From contig CAWASM010000001.1 in the NCBI GenBank assembly GCA_963784835.1, positions 392,926-456,925 on the forward strand: 64,000 nucleotides of DNA, written 5' to 3'. How positions within the stretch are numbered: the stretch's first letter is position 1; every line of letters begins with the position of its first letter. The notes under the pieces were generated by a model. The model was given only the letters and a program-made list of their open reading frames with translations. It searched no databases and was not told the DNA's origin. Of the stretch, positions 47,508-57,052 are shown one piece after another. The position numbers were made by a program, and so were the translations under genes. This stretch comes from an uncultured Actinomycetes bacterium (GTDB lineage Bacteria; Actinomycetota; Thermoleophilia; RBG-16-64-13).

Positions 47508-47663
47508 TACCTGCTACTGTTCCGGGTTCCGGGATGCTTGTCCCGGCAAATGGCGATTGTAACAGTATCGCCACCGCTCCACAAACGGCAGGGCGAGTCA
47601 TGGCCTTCTCCTGTCAGGCTCGTCTTCCGGAAGCACTCTGGGGACTCCGGCGCTTTCGGAGAC

Positions 47664-48828
47664 TCAGGCTGTTCCGTAGGCTCCGTGCGTTCCCGTGGTC
47701 GCACCGTCGGGGAGGTGGCGCTCCCGCTCGGGCCGGGATGAGGGCGATGCCGTCATCACCTGCCCAGGGCGCTCTCGAGAACTTGAATCGTAGAAAGTCA
47801 GGGTGTGCTTGAGCATGGCCAGCAGCGGCAGCGCCGCGAGCATCCCCAGGATCCCCCCGATCTGCGCTCCGGCCAGCAACGCGAAGATCACCAGCAGAGG
47901 ATGCACTCCCACCGAGCTGCCCACGATGTTGGGAGCCAGGATGTGGCTCTCCAGTTGCTGGATGACCACGTACACGATGACGACCATGAGCGCGGTTGTC
48001 GGGCGAATGGAAGAAGGCGGCGATGACCGGCGGGACCCCGCCCAAGAAGGGTCCCACGTAGGGGATGACCTCGGTGATCCCGGCCCAGAAGCCGAAGAGC
48101 AGCGCGTACTGGCCGCCCTCGGGCCAGACCCCCACGATGTCCCAGCTGAAGATCCAGATGGCAAGCCCGCAGGCGAAACCGACAGTCGCCCCCAGCAGCG
48201 CCTGCCCCCGCACGAAACGGCTGAAGGCTGTTTGCAGGCCCCGGACGTATTTCTCCTTGACCTCGGACTCGCCCGGCGCCAGCGGCAGAGGAAGCGGAAG
48301 ATGCGCTTGCCATCGATGAGCATGTAGAAGCTGACGACCACGGTCAGGAAGAGGTTGATGAATGCTCCCATCACGCTCCAGCCCACGGAGAGCAGGGTGC
48401 CCATGGACTGGACGCCATGCGACTGCAACCAGACGACGATGTCGGTGGTGTTGATCTGAAGGTTGACACTGATGTTGTGCGTTTCCAGCCAGCTCTCCAA
48501 GTCGGGCAAGGAGGTTGTTCAGCGAGTCGAGCCAGCCGGGGATGGCGTCGAAGAGCCGCTGGAACTGCCGGATGAGAGGCGGGCCCAGGAACACGAAGAG
48601 CAGCGACGACCACCGCGATGAAGGCCAGGTAGACCAACGGGACCGCCAGCCACCGCGGGCACTTGATTCGGCCCATCGCCAGCACCACGGGGTTGAGAAA
48701 CAGCGCCACGATGGCCGAGATGAGGAACACGAAGACGGCATGGCTGGCCGCCCGGCCAAGATAGAGAGCAAGGAAGATCGCGACAGGGATCAGCACGAAC
48801 TGGGCCCATCGCGGTATGGTGATGCGCA
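47664..48828 (-). CDS. AI-2E (PerM/UPF0118) family transporter; frame breaks
   Basis: GTG at 48828 behind AAGGAGG. FVLIPVAIFLALYLG, VVSFYMLIDGKRI, ITEVIPYVGPFLGGVPPVIAAF, VVIQQLESHILAPNIVGSSVGVHPLLVIFALLAG. Confidence 0.8.
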
Positions 48829-48981
48829 CCTGCGCCCTCCTTGGCCCCGAGTGCTTGGGGCGATATGCTCTGTGCCAAAGCTTACCAGCGAACCGAATCC
48901 GACGCTGAGACCGTGCGAGGCGCGCCTCCCGCCCAGGGCGTGCCCTGGGCGACCGGGGCGACAGGTGGTAACGTAGCCCTG

Positions 48982-49783
48982 ATGCAAGAAGAGGTATCCG
49001 CACAGGAAGCGTTGCGCCAAGAGGAGCTGCTCAGGCGCAAAAATCGCCGGGCCGCGGTCTACCGCCAGAGAAGGATCCGCGTCGCGCTGGCGTTTGCCGC
49101 GGTGGTCTTGGTGGTCCTGGGGATAATAATCGCCGTGGCCGCAAACCGTTCCACCACTCAGGTCGGTACTGAGGCCCTCCTAGCCGGCGGCGCCCGCTCT
49201 CCTTCGGCGCCCGTGGCCGCGAGCGCGGGAGACTATCCTGCCTTCGCCCGCTTGGGCGACCGAAATCTGCTGCTGCCCGTCAAGGCCGACGATGCCACCA
49301 TCATCGCCTATCAGCCGGTGAGCGACGAGCGGGCGGTGGCGCTTACCCCGATCGGGCAGAAGGCCAACGCCAACGCGCTGATCCGCTTCTTCCGGGGGAT
49401 CTTCTCCACGGACCCATCGGTGCGCTATTACCTGCTCGAGGGGGGTGCGGGAGAGCCGACCAGTTCGGTGCTGATCGGCGCCGCGCCGGGCTCCCCAGTC
49501 TACGCCCCCATCTCCGGGGTGGTGACTCGGGTCAACCCCTACAAGCTGTATGGCAAGTACGACGACGTGCAGATCGACATCCGGCCCGAGAAGATGGGCG
49601 GAGTCACCGTCTCGCTCTTGTTCATCAGCGACCCAGCTGTTTCCATCGGCGAGACCGTCACAGCCGGCAAGACGGCGCTGGGCGCTGTCCGCCAGTGTCC
49701 AGAGACGCTGGCCGCCGGGCTGTCAGAGTACACCCATGACTCCGGTGCGCACGTGCACCTGCAGGTAATGGGAGGAGCCGATC
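48982..49783 (+). CDS. Membrane-anchored degenerate M23/LytM-like protein; no stop before the following NUDIX frame
   Basis: TM VALAFAAVVLVVLGIIIAVAA. GSPVYAPISGVVTRV...VQIDIRPE...IGETVTAGKTALGAV...DSGAHVHLQV follows the M23 layout, but the upstream HxxxD and middle His are missing. Confidence 0.45.
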
Positions 49784-50335
49784 AATTGAACGCTCGGTAC
49801 TGTTCCAAGTGCGGTGGCGCCGTCGAAATGCAGCCGGTGGGAGATCGACCCCGCGAGGTCTGCTCTATCTGCGGAGAGATCTTCTATCAGAATCCCCTCC
49901 CCGCGGCGGCCGCCCTGGTCCTTGACGCCGACCGACGGGTGCTCTTGGTACGACGCAAGTTCCCGCCCAATCAGGGGCATGTGGTGCCTACCCATGGGCT
50001 TTGCTGAGATGGGTGAGACCATCGCCCAGGCCGCCCTCCGCGAGTTGCACGAGGAGACCGGCCTCACCGGCCGGGTGGCGCGCCTCATAGACACCGACTC
50101 CTGGAAGAGCGACTTCTACGGCGACGTGCTCGTGGTGACATTCGAGGTGGACAAGGTCTCGGGCATCGAGACAGCGGGAGACGACGCCGACGACGCCGGC
50201 TACTTCGCCATCGACAGCCTGCCGCCCCTCGCCTTCCCCTCCAACGAGAAGGCCATCAGGCTTTGCGCCGACCTCCACCGCGGACGACTGGGCCATCCAC
50301 GACTCGTTTCACCGTCTGGAGGATGGCGGGGGTGA
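49784..50335 (+). CDS. NUDIX hydrolase with N-terminal zinc ribbon; one frame break near 49980
   Basis: Possible TTG at 49784 behind GGGAGGAG. YCSKCGGAV...CSICGE. Nudix box MGFAEMGETIAQAALRELHEETGL, from ORFs 48841..50007 and 49814..50335. Confidence 0.75.
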
Positions 50336-50339
50336 GGAG

Positions 50340-50768
50340 ATGCTCTCGGACAGCATGGTGGGTTTCGTAGGCGAGCACGCCCCGTTCGTGGCCCGCCTCT
50401 GGCTGGCCGACGTCCGCTCAAGCCGCACCACCGAGGGCTACAGGCGCCTGGACCCCGAAGCTCTGCTGGCAGAATGCACCGCCGGGCTACAACTGTTGGG
50501 CCGCTGGCTGGAGGGAGAGAGCACCGAGGAAGAGATCAAGACTACCTATAGGGAACTGGGAGAGCAGCGCCGCACGCAGGGCATAGAAGCTCACGAGATG
50601 CTGTCCGCTGTGCTGCTCCTGAAGAAGCAGATCTGGACGTACGCCCGCTCCCAGGGAGTTTGGGAGCGCCCAGTGGACGCCTACCGCATGATGGAATTGC
50701 AGAGCCGCTTCGCGGTCTACTTCGACAAGGCGGTGTACTACCTGACGCGGGGCTACTCGGACGCCTAG
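50340..50768 (+). CDS. Small helical sensor-like protein, paralogous to the N-terminus of the GGDEF protein (RsbRD_N-like?)
   Basis: 142 aa. ...RLWLADV...LLAECTAGLQLLGRWLEGE...YRELGEQRRTQGIEAHEMLSAVLLLKKQIW parallels ...KAWLGRL...[14 protein letters not shown]...[25 protein letters not shown] at 14.5-14.8 kb. Confidence 0.45.
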   Translation: MLSDSMVGFVGEHAPFVARLWLADVRSSRTTEGYRRLDPEALLAECTAGLQLLGRWLEGESTEEEIKTTYRELGEQRRTQGIEAHEMLSAVLLLKKQIWTYARSQGVWERPVDAYRMMELQSRFAVYFDKAVYYLTRGYSDA

Positions 50769-50795
50769 AAAGGTACTGGCCCGCTCGTGGTGCTT

Positions 50796-51263
50796 CTAGG
50801 GCAGCAGACCGTCGAGCAGCTCTTCGATCGCGTAGGCTCGGAACATGCCGTCGAGTGGGAGAAGAGCGCCCGCCGCCTCGCTGACCGTCTCCTGGCCAAC
50901 GAACGCGGTTGGGTCATCGTCAGCATACTCCACTCGCCAGAGCCTTCCATTCAGAAGGTCACGGTTCAAGAATCCAGGCATCGGCCACCGCCTCCGATCC
51001 CACCGCGCATCTTGACCAAGAATCGGCCACTCATGGCGAATCAGTTGAAGATCTCCGAAACGCCGTGCCATGGTCGCTGACTCAGGACCCAGGTCTCTGA
51101 GTTCTTCGAGGCGTGGCACCATCTTGCGACGAGGACCGAAGAAGCAGCCGAATAGCACTTTGCCCTTCGTGGTTGCGCGTGCCACGATTCCCGTCCCAAA
51201 CCCTCCTGAGGGCAGCGGAACTGCAAACCAGTCTCCCTCTTTGTAGGGCAGCTTCAAGCGCAT
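50796..51263 (-). CDS. Imm26-like polymorphic-toxin immunity-family protein (orphan)
   Basis: MRLKLPYKEGDWFAVPLPSGGFGTGIVARATTKGKVLFGCFFGP...EWPILGQDARWDRRRWPMPGF. The k.GDwFa.PL..G.fg.G pattern recalls Imm26. Identified from memory only. Confidence 0.45.
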   Translation of the reverse strand: MRLKLPYKEGDWFAVPLPSGGFGTGIVARATTKGKVLFGCFFGPRRKMVPRLEELRDLGPESATMARRFGDLQLIRHEWPILGQDARWDRRRWPMPGFLNRDLLNGRLWRVEYADDDPTAFVGQETVSEAAGALLPLDGMFRAYAIEELLDGLLP

Positions 51264-51608
51264 GCACCTCGGATACCTGCGGTCGGCCAGCGAGCAGGCG
51301 TCGCGATATGGACTCAGTAAGAGCATTCTCGGCGTTGTTCGAGGATTCCTGCCGGGTCTCCCGGGACGCAAGCGCACTCAATCTCCCCCCCCGGTGAGGG
51401 CCCAACGCTCAGCGCCACCAGGTATCTCGACGACCCATCTGGCGCCGGCGGCGCGGCCGCGCGTCCCTTCTAGTAGGGTTCGGCCTAGTCCGCTGTGCCC
51501 TTGCGGAGCGAGACGCGCACGGGTTGTACGGGCCGCGGAGCAAGGTACATCGGGATAGGCCGTACTCAGCGATGAGTGGGGGGCGCGGCCGCGCGGCCCG
51601 CAAGCTAG

Positions 51609-52631
51609 TTACACGTTGAAGCGGAAGTTCACTATATCCCCGTCGGCGACGATGTAGTCCTTGCCCTCCACCCTCAGGACACCGGCGTCGCGGCAGGATT
51701 TCATGTTGCCGTACTTCATGAAGTCGTCGTAGGAGACGATCTCGGCGCGGATGAAACCCCGCTGGATGTCGGAATGGATGGCGCCGGCCGCTTCGCGGGC
51801 CGTCTCGCCGGCGCGGATGGGCCAAGCCCGCACCTCATCGCTGCCGGAAGTGAGGAAGCTGATAAGCCCCAGCTCTCTGAAGGCCGCCTGTGCCACCACG
51901 TCGGAGGCCGGCCCTGGCAAGCCGAGGGCGGCGGCGTACTCCTCTTGCTCCTCTATGGATAGCCGGGCCACCTCCAGCGCGTCTAAGAAGGGAAAGGCCA
52001 CCACGCGCCGTCCCCTGGCGGGACCCTCGAGCTCCGGCGTGTCCCCGCCGGCTTCCGCCGCGCCCTCCGCCTCGGTGTTCAACAACAGCAACTGCGGGAT
52101 CAATGTGAGGAACTGATACCCCTTGATGAAGGAAAGTTCTGCCTCGTCGAAGGCAAATTCGCGAAGAGGGGTCTCGCCTTCAAGCACCTCCTGGCAGCGA
52201 GCCAGGGCCTTCTTGCCGGCATCGGGAAGAGGAGCCTTCTTGGCCCGTTCGAAAGCGCGTTCCAACCGGATGAGGTCGAACATCAGAAACTCGTGATCCA
52301 GTTCGGCGAGGTCGGCTGCCGGGTGGGCCACTTCCCCCAGCAGCGGACTGTCAAAGGCACGCAGCACATGCAGGTAGAGCTGCCCGCCAGCGAGGGCGTC
52401 CAGGTAACGCTCCATCTCGCCCTTGCGCGCGCTGGCCTCCGGCCACCCCACTTCCTGCACTTTGAACTCAGCGAAGGTGGTCTTCTTGGGCTGGAAGATC
52501 TCGGAGAGGGTGCGCACCCGGGAGTCGCCCACGTGCACCGTGGCGATGTGGCCTTCGCCCCGCCCCTCGGCCAGGGCGGCCACCAACGTACTCTTGCCAC
52601 AACCTTTGAGTCCGATGATGCGTGCTTCCAC
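51609..52631 (-). CDS. ychF: YchF-like Obg-family ATPase/GTPase (divergent G3), intact
   Basis: GTG at 52631 behind AGGAGAGG. P-loop IGLKGCGKSTL. TGS-like C-terminus FLTSGSDEVRAWPIRAGETAREAAGAIHSDIQRGFIRAEIVSYDDF...DGDIVNFRFNV. The DxxG position reads QEVG. Confidence 0.75.
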   Translation of the reverse strand: MEARIIGLKGCGKSTLVAALAEGRGEGHIATVHVGDSRVRTLSEIFQPKKTTFAEFKVQEVGWPEASARKGEMERYLDALAGGQLYLHVLRAFDSPLLGEVAHPAADLAELDHEFLMFDLIRLERAFERAKKAPLPDAGKKALARCQEVLEGETPLREFAFDEAELSFIKGYQFLTLIPQLLLLNTEAEGAAEAGGDTPELEGPARGRRVVAFPFLDALEVARLSIEEQEEYAAALGLPGPASDVVAQAAFRELGLISFLTSGSDEVRAWPIRAGETAREAAGAIHSDIQRGFIRAEIVSYDDFMKYGNMKSCRDAGVLRVEGKDYIVADGDIVNFRFNV

Positions 52632-52729
52632 CGCTGCCTCTCCTGCTGGTCCGGGATACACCCCAGTGTAACCCGTTCGGCCGAACCGTGGGACAATTGC
52701 CCCTCGCTCAAACTAGAGAAGGATCGGAT

Positions 52730-53368
52730 ATGAACTGTCGAACACTCAGGATGCTGCTGCTGCCGGCAGCGCTCTTGCCACTGGCCTTGGTTCTCGTCGC
52801 CGGCTGCGGGGATATCGCGACGACCACCACGACAGGGAGTAGCGCCGACACCAGCGTCAAGACCTATCTGGATCCCGACTATGGCTACAGCTTCGACTAC
52901 CCGAGCGCGTGGAAGCTGGTCGATAGCACCACACCCGAAGCCACCAGTGGCGCAAGCGCGGCTTCCATAATCACCGTCGGCGACCCCAAGGGGACCATTG
53001 CGAACGGCACCGGCCTTGACCTGCTGATGGTCCAGATCTACCCCCTCAACACCACCTTCGACGAGACCATGATGCCCGATGCGTTGGCGGCGCTGGAGCC
53101 GCTGGTCGCCGATCTTCAGAGCCAAGACCCGTCGTGGAAGGTGGACCAGCAGCTCACCGAGACCGCCGTGGGCGGGGCACCAGGATATATGGTCGCTTCC
53201 AGCTACACCCAAGACGGGACGTCGATGAAGACGACCTTCTACTTCATCTTCTCTGGGAACATCGAGTATCAGTTGGTGCTGCAGGCCTCCTCCGAGAACT
53301 GGACGAAGGATCAGGCGGTCTTCGACGCCTTCTTGGCCAGCTTCAAACCGGCCGTAGCGGTCCAGTAG
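52730..53368 (+). CDS. Uncharacterised lipoprotein, intact
   Basis: MNCRTLRMLLLPAALLPLALVLVAGCG lipobox, Thr-rich linker. YGYSFDYPSAWKLV is reminiscent of PsbP/DcrB-like small lipoproteins (weak). Confidence 0.55.
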   Translation: MNCRTLRMLLLPAALLPLALVLVAGCGDIATTTTTGSSADTSVKTYLDPDYGYSFDYPSAWKLVDSTTPEATSGASAASIITVGDPKGTIANGTGLDLLMVQIYPLNTTFDETMMPDALAALEPLVADLQSQDPSWKVDQQLTETAVGGAPGYMVASSYTQDGTSMKTTFYFIFSGNIEYQLVLQASSENWTKDQAVFDAFLASFKPAVAVQ

Positions 53369-53402
53369 GCACGCGAGCGACGGGAGTGGGTAACCTGGGG
53401 AC

Positions 53403-53948
53403 ATGATCAAGGGCGACAAGATCCACCTCACCGAGCTGGACCGGGCCAACGCCGAGACAATCAGGACCTGGCTGAACGACCCGGAGGTCCATCACTTCCT
53501 CATGGTGGGACACGTTCCCATAACCAAGGAAGAGGAGGAACTCTACTTCGACACCCAGGCCACCACTCCCGGCGTCTACAACTTCGAGATTCACGTGGCG
53601 ACCGACGGTCGCTACATCGGCAACGTCGGCCTCAAGGACGTCAGCCTGACCCACCGCAGAGGCGAGATCGGCATCGCCATAGGCTCGAAGGAGGATTGGG
53701 GCAAGGGCTACGGAGCCGACGCCATCATCACCTGCTTGCGCTTCGCGTTCCTCACCCTGGGGCTGCACTCTGTGTGCATCCGCACCGAGGAGAGGCACAA
53801 GCGTGCGTTGGAGCTGTACGGCCGCATCGGCTTCGTGCAGACCGGGCGCGAGCGAGAGTGCGTCTATCGCGAGGGCGGCTTCCGGGACCACGTCGTCTTC
53901 GACATGCTCGATTCGGAGTTCCGGGAGCGCTACTTCCGGGAGGCGTAG
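53403..53948 (+). CDS. GNAT-family N-acetyltransferase (RimJ/RimL-like), intact
   Basis: IHLTELDRANAETIRTWLNDPEV, GEIGIAIGSKEDWGKGYGADAIITCLRFAF, ERHKRALELYGRIGF. Confidence 0.85.
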   Translation: MIKGDKIHLTELDRANAETIRTWLNDPEVHHFLMVGHVPITKEEEELYFDTQATTPGVYNFEIHVATDGRYIGNVGLKDVSLTHRRGEIGIAIGSKEDWGKGYGADAIITCLRFAFLTLGLHSVCIRTEERHKRALELYGRIGFVQTGRERECVYREGGFRDHVVFDMLDSEFRERYFREA

Positions 53949-53958
53949 GCTCCGGGAT

Positions 53959-55395
53959 TCAGCTGCTTGAAGCCATCGCCTCCACAGACGCGACGGTCTC
54001 CAGTTCCGCGCTGCCGACGTTGCTGACGGTGCGCGGCTCGAACGCGAAGGCGCCGCCTTGCTCCCATTGGGCTCCGCCCACCGGCGCCTTGCAGACGTTC
54101 TTCGTCGGACGTCTGCTCTTGGAGAGGTCAGTTGCATCCACCGATGACAAGAAGTCGATGGTCCCCATGCAGGTGTCCAGCTTCGTGGTCCCGACGGCCT
54201 CCACGATCGCGTCCTTGCTGTCGAGATCTCTGGTCCTGGAAAACGCGTCCACAGCCCATTCAAAGCAGGCGTATTGCCCAAGGGGTGCAGTCCACTGCTC
54301 GCCGGTCTTGGTCATGTAGTCATAGGCAAGTTGCTCGGCGGAACGGCGGGTGATCGAGTCCGTGTAGGGCCAATCAGGCTGCCATAGACTCTCCGCGGTG
54401 ACGCCTCGGGCACTGGGACCGATAGCCTCAAGTGCCTGGGGGAACAAGAGGGCCTGGCTGATGGTGAGCACCTTCGGCCGGTAGCCCATCTCCAGCGACT
54501 GGTTCCAGAAGGCGACGAAGTCGCCGGCGCTCATGGCGCCGCAGCAGAGCTCACAGCCGTCCGTCATGAACGCCGAGATAAGCGAGGAGTAATCCACGTC
54601 ACCAGCCACATACAAGCCGGGCAGCACCGATTGATATCCCGCGGCCGTCGCCGTCGCGGGCAGACCCGCGGCTTCGTCCATCCAGAGGGCTGCCTCCAAG
54701 CCGTCCGCGAACACGAACCCGACCTTCCTGTTCGTCTCCACCTGATCCCACATGGCCAGGTAGTTACCGGCGACATCCTCGAGCCCGACAGCGTAGGCGT
54801 AGGTCCACTTGAAAGAAGTATCGAGAGTACCCCCGCGGCCAAAGACGTAGGACCGCCAATGGACAAAGCTGGAAAGGCAGGGGCAGCCGGAGACCTCCGC
54901 TTGAACGGCGACGGGATTGACCAGTGCGGCCGGTCCCGAGCAAAGGAGGATATCGGCTTTGCCTTCGGTCACGAGCGTGGCGGCTCCCGCCCCCGCGGTG
55001 CTCGGGTCAGAGCGGCTGTCCTGCACCATGAAGATGACCTTCCGCAGTATTCCATCACCGCAGAGCACACCGTCGGGCAGCGCGGCCACGGCGTAGTCCA
55101 TCCACCATTCATCGGCCTTGCCGAACAGGGCGAGAGCTCCGCTCGCAGCCGAGACCACGCCGATCCGCAGGTGGCGTCCGGTCTCCGGGCCCGCCCGCAC
55201 GGTGGTAGTCGGCCGAGGAGCCTCGGTGGTGGTGGTGAGATCGACGCCGATCGTGGCGATGGTCTTTGGCGTGTCCTCACTACCTCGGCACCCAGGCAGC
55301 AGTCCACCCAGGCCAAGACCAAGCCCGGCCACAACTCCGGCTTTTCCGGCGAGTTTCAAGAACTCACGGCGGCTGACAGGTCCAAGCGTGCTCAC
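53959..55395 (-). CDS. Tat-exported lipoprotein, Liv-type (Peripla_BP_6-like) ABC substrate-binding protein, intact
   Basis: MSTLGPVSRREFLKLAGKAGVVAGLGLGLGGLLPGC (twin-arginine + lipobox). LRIGVVSAASGALALFG and a size of ~478 aa are typical of amide/branched-chain-type binding proteins. Confidence 0.75.
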   Translation of the reverse strand: MSTLGPVSRREFLKLAGKAGVVAGLGLGLGGLLPGCRGSEDTPKTIATIGVDLTTTTEAPRPTTTVRAGPETGRHLRIGVVSAASGALALFGKADEWWMDYAVAALPDGVLCGDGILRKVIFMVQDSRSDPSTAGAGAATLVTEGKADILLCSGPAALVNPVAVQAEVSGCPCLSSFVHWRSYVFGRGGTLDTSFKWTYAYAVGLEDVAGNYLAMWDQVETNRKVGFVFADGLEAALWMDEAAGLPATATAAGYQSVLPGLYVAGDVDYSSLISAFMTDGCELCCGAMSAGDFVAFWNQSLEMGYRPKVLTISQALLFPQALEAIGPSARGVTAESLWQPDWPYTDSITRRSAEQLAYDYMTKTGEQWTAPLGQYACFEWAVDAFSRTRDLDSKDAIVEAVGTTKLDTCMGTIDFLSSVDATDLSKSRRPTKNVCKAPVGGAQWEQGGAFAFEPRTVSNVGSAELETVASVEAMASSS

Positions 55396-55477
55396 ACCAG
55401 GACTTTACAGCATTCTTACTAGTATGGGGATATACTCCCGTGGCGCTGTCTACTTAACATTTTCAAGTGAGGTGCTT

Positions 55478-56680
55478 GTGAGCAAGAGACTCGTACTCGT
55501 CATTCTGGCACTTGTCATTGCCACCCTCGCGGGCACGGTGGCCGGCTGCGGTGGTGGTGATAGTAGTGCCCTCCCCAAGGACGCCGTGGCGAAGGTCGGC
55601 GACAGCTACATCAACCAAGCGGACTTCGATTCGCGTGTCGCCGGTACGGCGAACCAGTACGGCCTCACCAAGGAGAGCGATCCCGCCTCCTACAAGATCA
55701 TAGAGGGCCAAGTGCTTGACGTCATGGTCGAGACCCAGTTGGCCGCCATCAAGGCGAAGGAGTTGGGCCTGACTGTCACCGACGAGGAAGTGCAGGCCCA
55801 GATCGACGACATACTCACCGGCGATTTCGGGGGTGACCAGGCCTCCTTCGACTCGGCCCTCGCTGCAGCGAAACTCACTATGGATGAGTTGAAGCAGGAA
55901 TACCGGGAGTATCTGCTGACCCAGAAGGTCTCCGACACAGTGACCAAGGACGCCGCGGCGCCTACCGACGCGGAGCTCTCCGCCTACTACGAGGCGAACA
56001 AGGCCTCCTATTACACCGCGGAAAGCAGGACCGTGCGACACATCTTGATCATGCCCGGGAAGGCCGCGACTGACGACTCCACCACCTCCACCACCACCGC
56101 TGGTCAGACGACAACTACCGGCCCGCCGACCGACGCCGAGTGGGCAGCAGCGTTGGCCAAGGCTCAAGAGGTCCGCGCGAAGCTCGTGGCGGGAGGAGAC
56201 TGGACCGCGCTGGCTGCTGAGTACTCCAGTGACCCCTCCTCCAAAGACCAAGGCGGCGAACTAGGAGCCATCGCAAAGGGTCAGACGGTCCAGGAGTTTG
56301 AGGACGCCGTGTACTCGCAGGCCGTCGACGAGATATCCCAGCCCATCAAGACCATCTACGGGTACCACATCATCCAGGTAGAGGCCATCACGCCCGCCGT
56401 CCAGAAGACCCTCGCTGACGTCAAGGACACCATCGCTTCCACCCTTCTCAACGAGGCCAAGTACAACGTGTGGCTCAGCTGGGTCGCAGACATGAAGACC
56501 AAAGTCACCATAATCTACCGTAGCGACCTGGACCCCACCACCACGACAGCGGCTCCAGCGAACACGGACACGACCGCCCCCACGGGCTCCGACACGACAG
56601 TCACTCCTGCGGAATCGACCACCACCACGGCCGGCCAGACCATCACCACAGCGGCCCCGGCCACGACGACAACGACGTAG
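55478..56680 (+). CDS. PrsA/SurA-like parvulin peptidyl-prolyl isomerase lipoprotein, intact
   Basis: GTG start. VSKRLVLVILALVIATLAGTVAGCGG lipobox. PPIase core RTVRHILI...GGELGAIAKGQTVQEFEDAVY...PIKTIYGYHIIQV. Thr-rich insertions and tail. Confidence 0.8.
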   Translation: MSKRLVLVILALVIATLAGTVAGCGGGDSSALPKDAVAKVGDSYINQADFDSRVAGTANQYGLTKESDPASYKIIEGQVLDVMVETQLAAIKAKELGLTVTDEEVQAQIDDILTGDFGGDQASFDSALAAAKLTMDELKQEYREYLLTQKVSDTVTKDAAAPTDAELSAYYEANKASYYTAESRTVRHILIMPGKAATDDSTTSTTTAGQTTTTGPPTDAEWAAALAKAQEVRAKLVAGGDWTALAAEYSSDPSSKDQGGELGAIAKGQTVQEFEDAVYSQAVDEISQPIKTIYGYHIIQVEAITPAVQKTLADVKDTIASTLLNEAKYNVWLSWVADMKTKVTIIYRSDLDPTTTTAAPANTDTTAPTGSDTTVTPAESTTTTAGQTITTAAPATTTTT

Positions 56681-56744
56681 GGCCACCTAGGCGAAGCCGC
56701 GACCAACTGGGCGCGAGGCGACCGCCCGAAGAGACAGACCATGA

Positions 56745-56780
56745 CAGGGCCGGGGAAGGATCCCCGGCCCTGTTTGTTTT
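56745..56780 (+). terminator. Rho-independent terminator of the prsA-like gene
   Basis: 12-bp stem CAGGGCCGGGGA / TCCCCGGCCCTG with an AGGA loop (56745-56772), followed by TTTGTTTT (56773-56780). Confidence 0.7.
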
Positions 56781-56810
56781 GGGGGCGACCTAGCGCCGAC
56801 AAGTTGGCGA

Positions 56811-56967
56811 GGGGCCTCCCGAGAGCCGCGCGGCAAGCCGCAGCGCTCTCGGGAGGCCCCGAAGCAAGCGTGCTCACTGAACGCCCCGTCGCCAAAGTGC
56901 GCGGAGGGGCATGGGGGTAGGAGCAAAGCTTTGCGTACTCGCAGTGCTTCGCGGATACCCCCATGCC
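56811..56967. repeat. Two long GC-rich hairpin elements (A and B)
   Basis: A: 16-bp perfect arms GGGGCCTCCCGAGAGC (56811-56826) / GCTCTCGGGAGGCCCC (56845-56860). B: 12-bp arms GGCATGGGGGTA (56908-56919) / TACCCCCATGCC (56956-56967). The B loop carries AGCTTTGCGTACTCGCAGTGCTTCGCGG. Confidence 0.7.
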
Positions 56968-57052
56968 GCCGACGCCACGAGGCGACTCAGCGGAGCCTGC
57001 GTAGCTGGCCTGAGGCGGGGATGCCCAAGCGGTTTGCCGTAGCGTGAGGGGC

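Noticed and set aside
51264-51608. 345-bp GC-rich spacer with palindromes (GCGCGGCCGCGC, GGCCGCGCGGCC) as a possible ncRNA gene
   Set aside because: I could not match it to the conserved cores of tmRNA, RNase P, SRP or 6S RNA. The palindromes sit right after the ychF-like stop and look like a terminator stem. ORF 51262..51558 is Pro/Arg/Ser-rich and implausible.
55990-56680. ACC/ACG-rich repetitive DNA (also near 21930-22000 and 35500-35560) as possible non-coding repeats or an array
   Set aside because: These are in-frame Thr/Pro/Ala-rich linker and tail codons of lipoproteins and the PBP, with irregular periodicity. They are not spacer-repeat structures.
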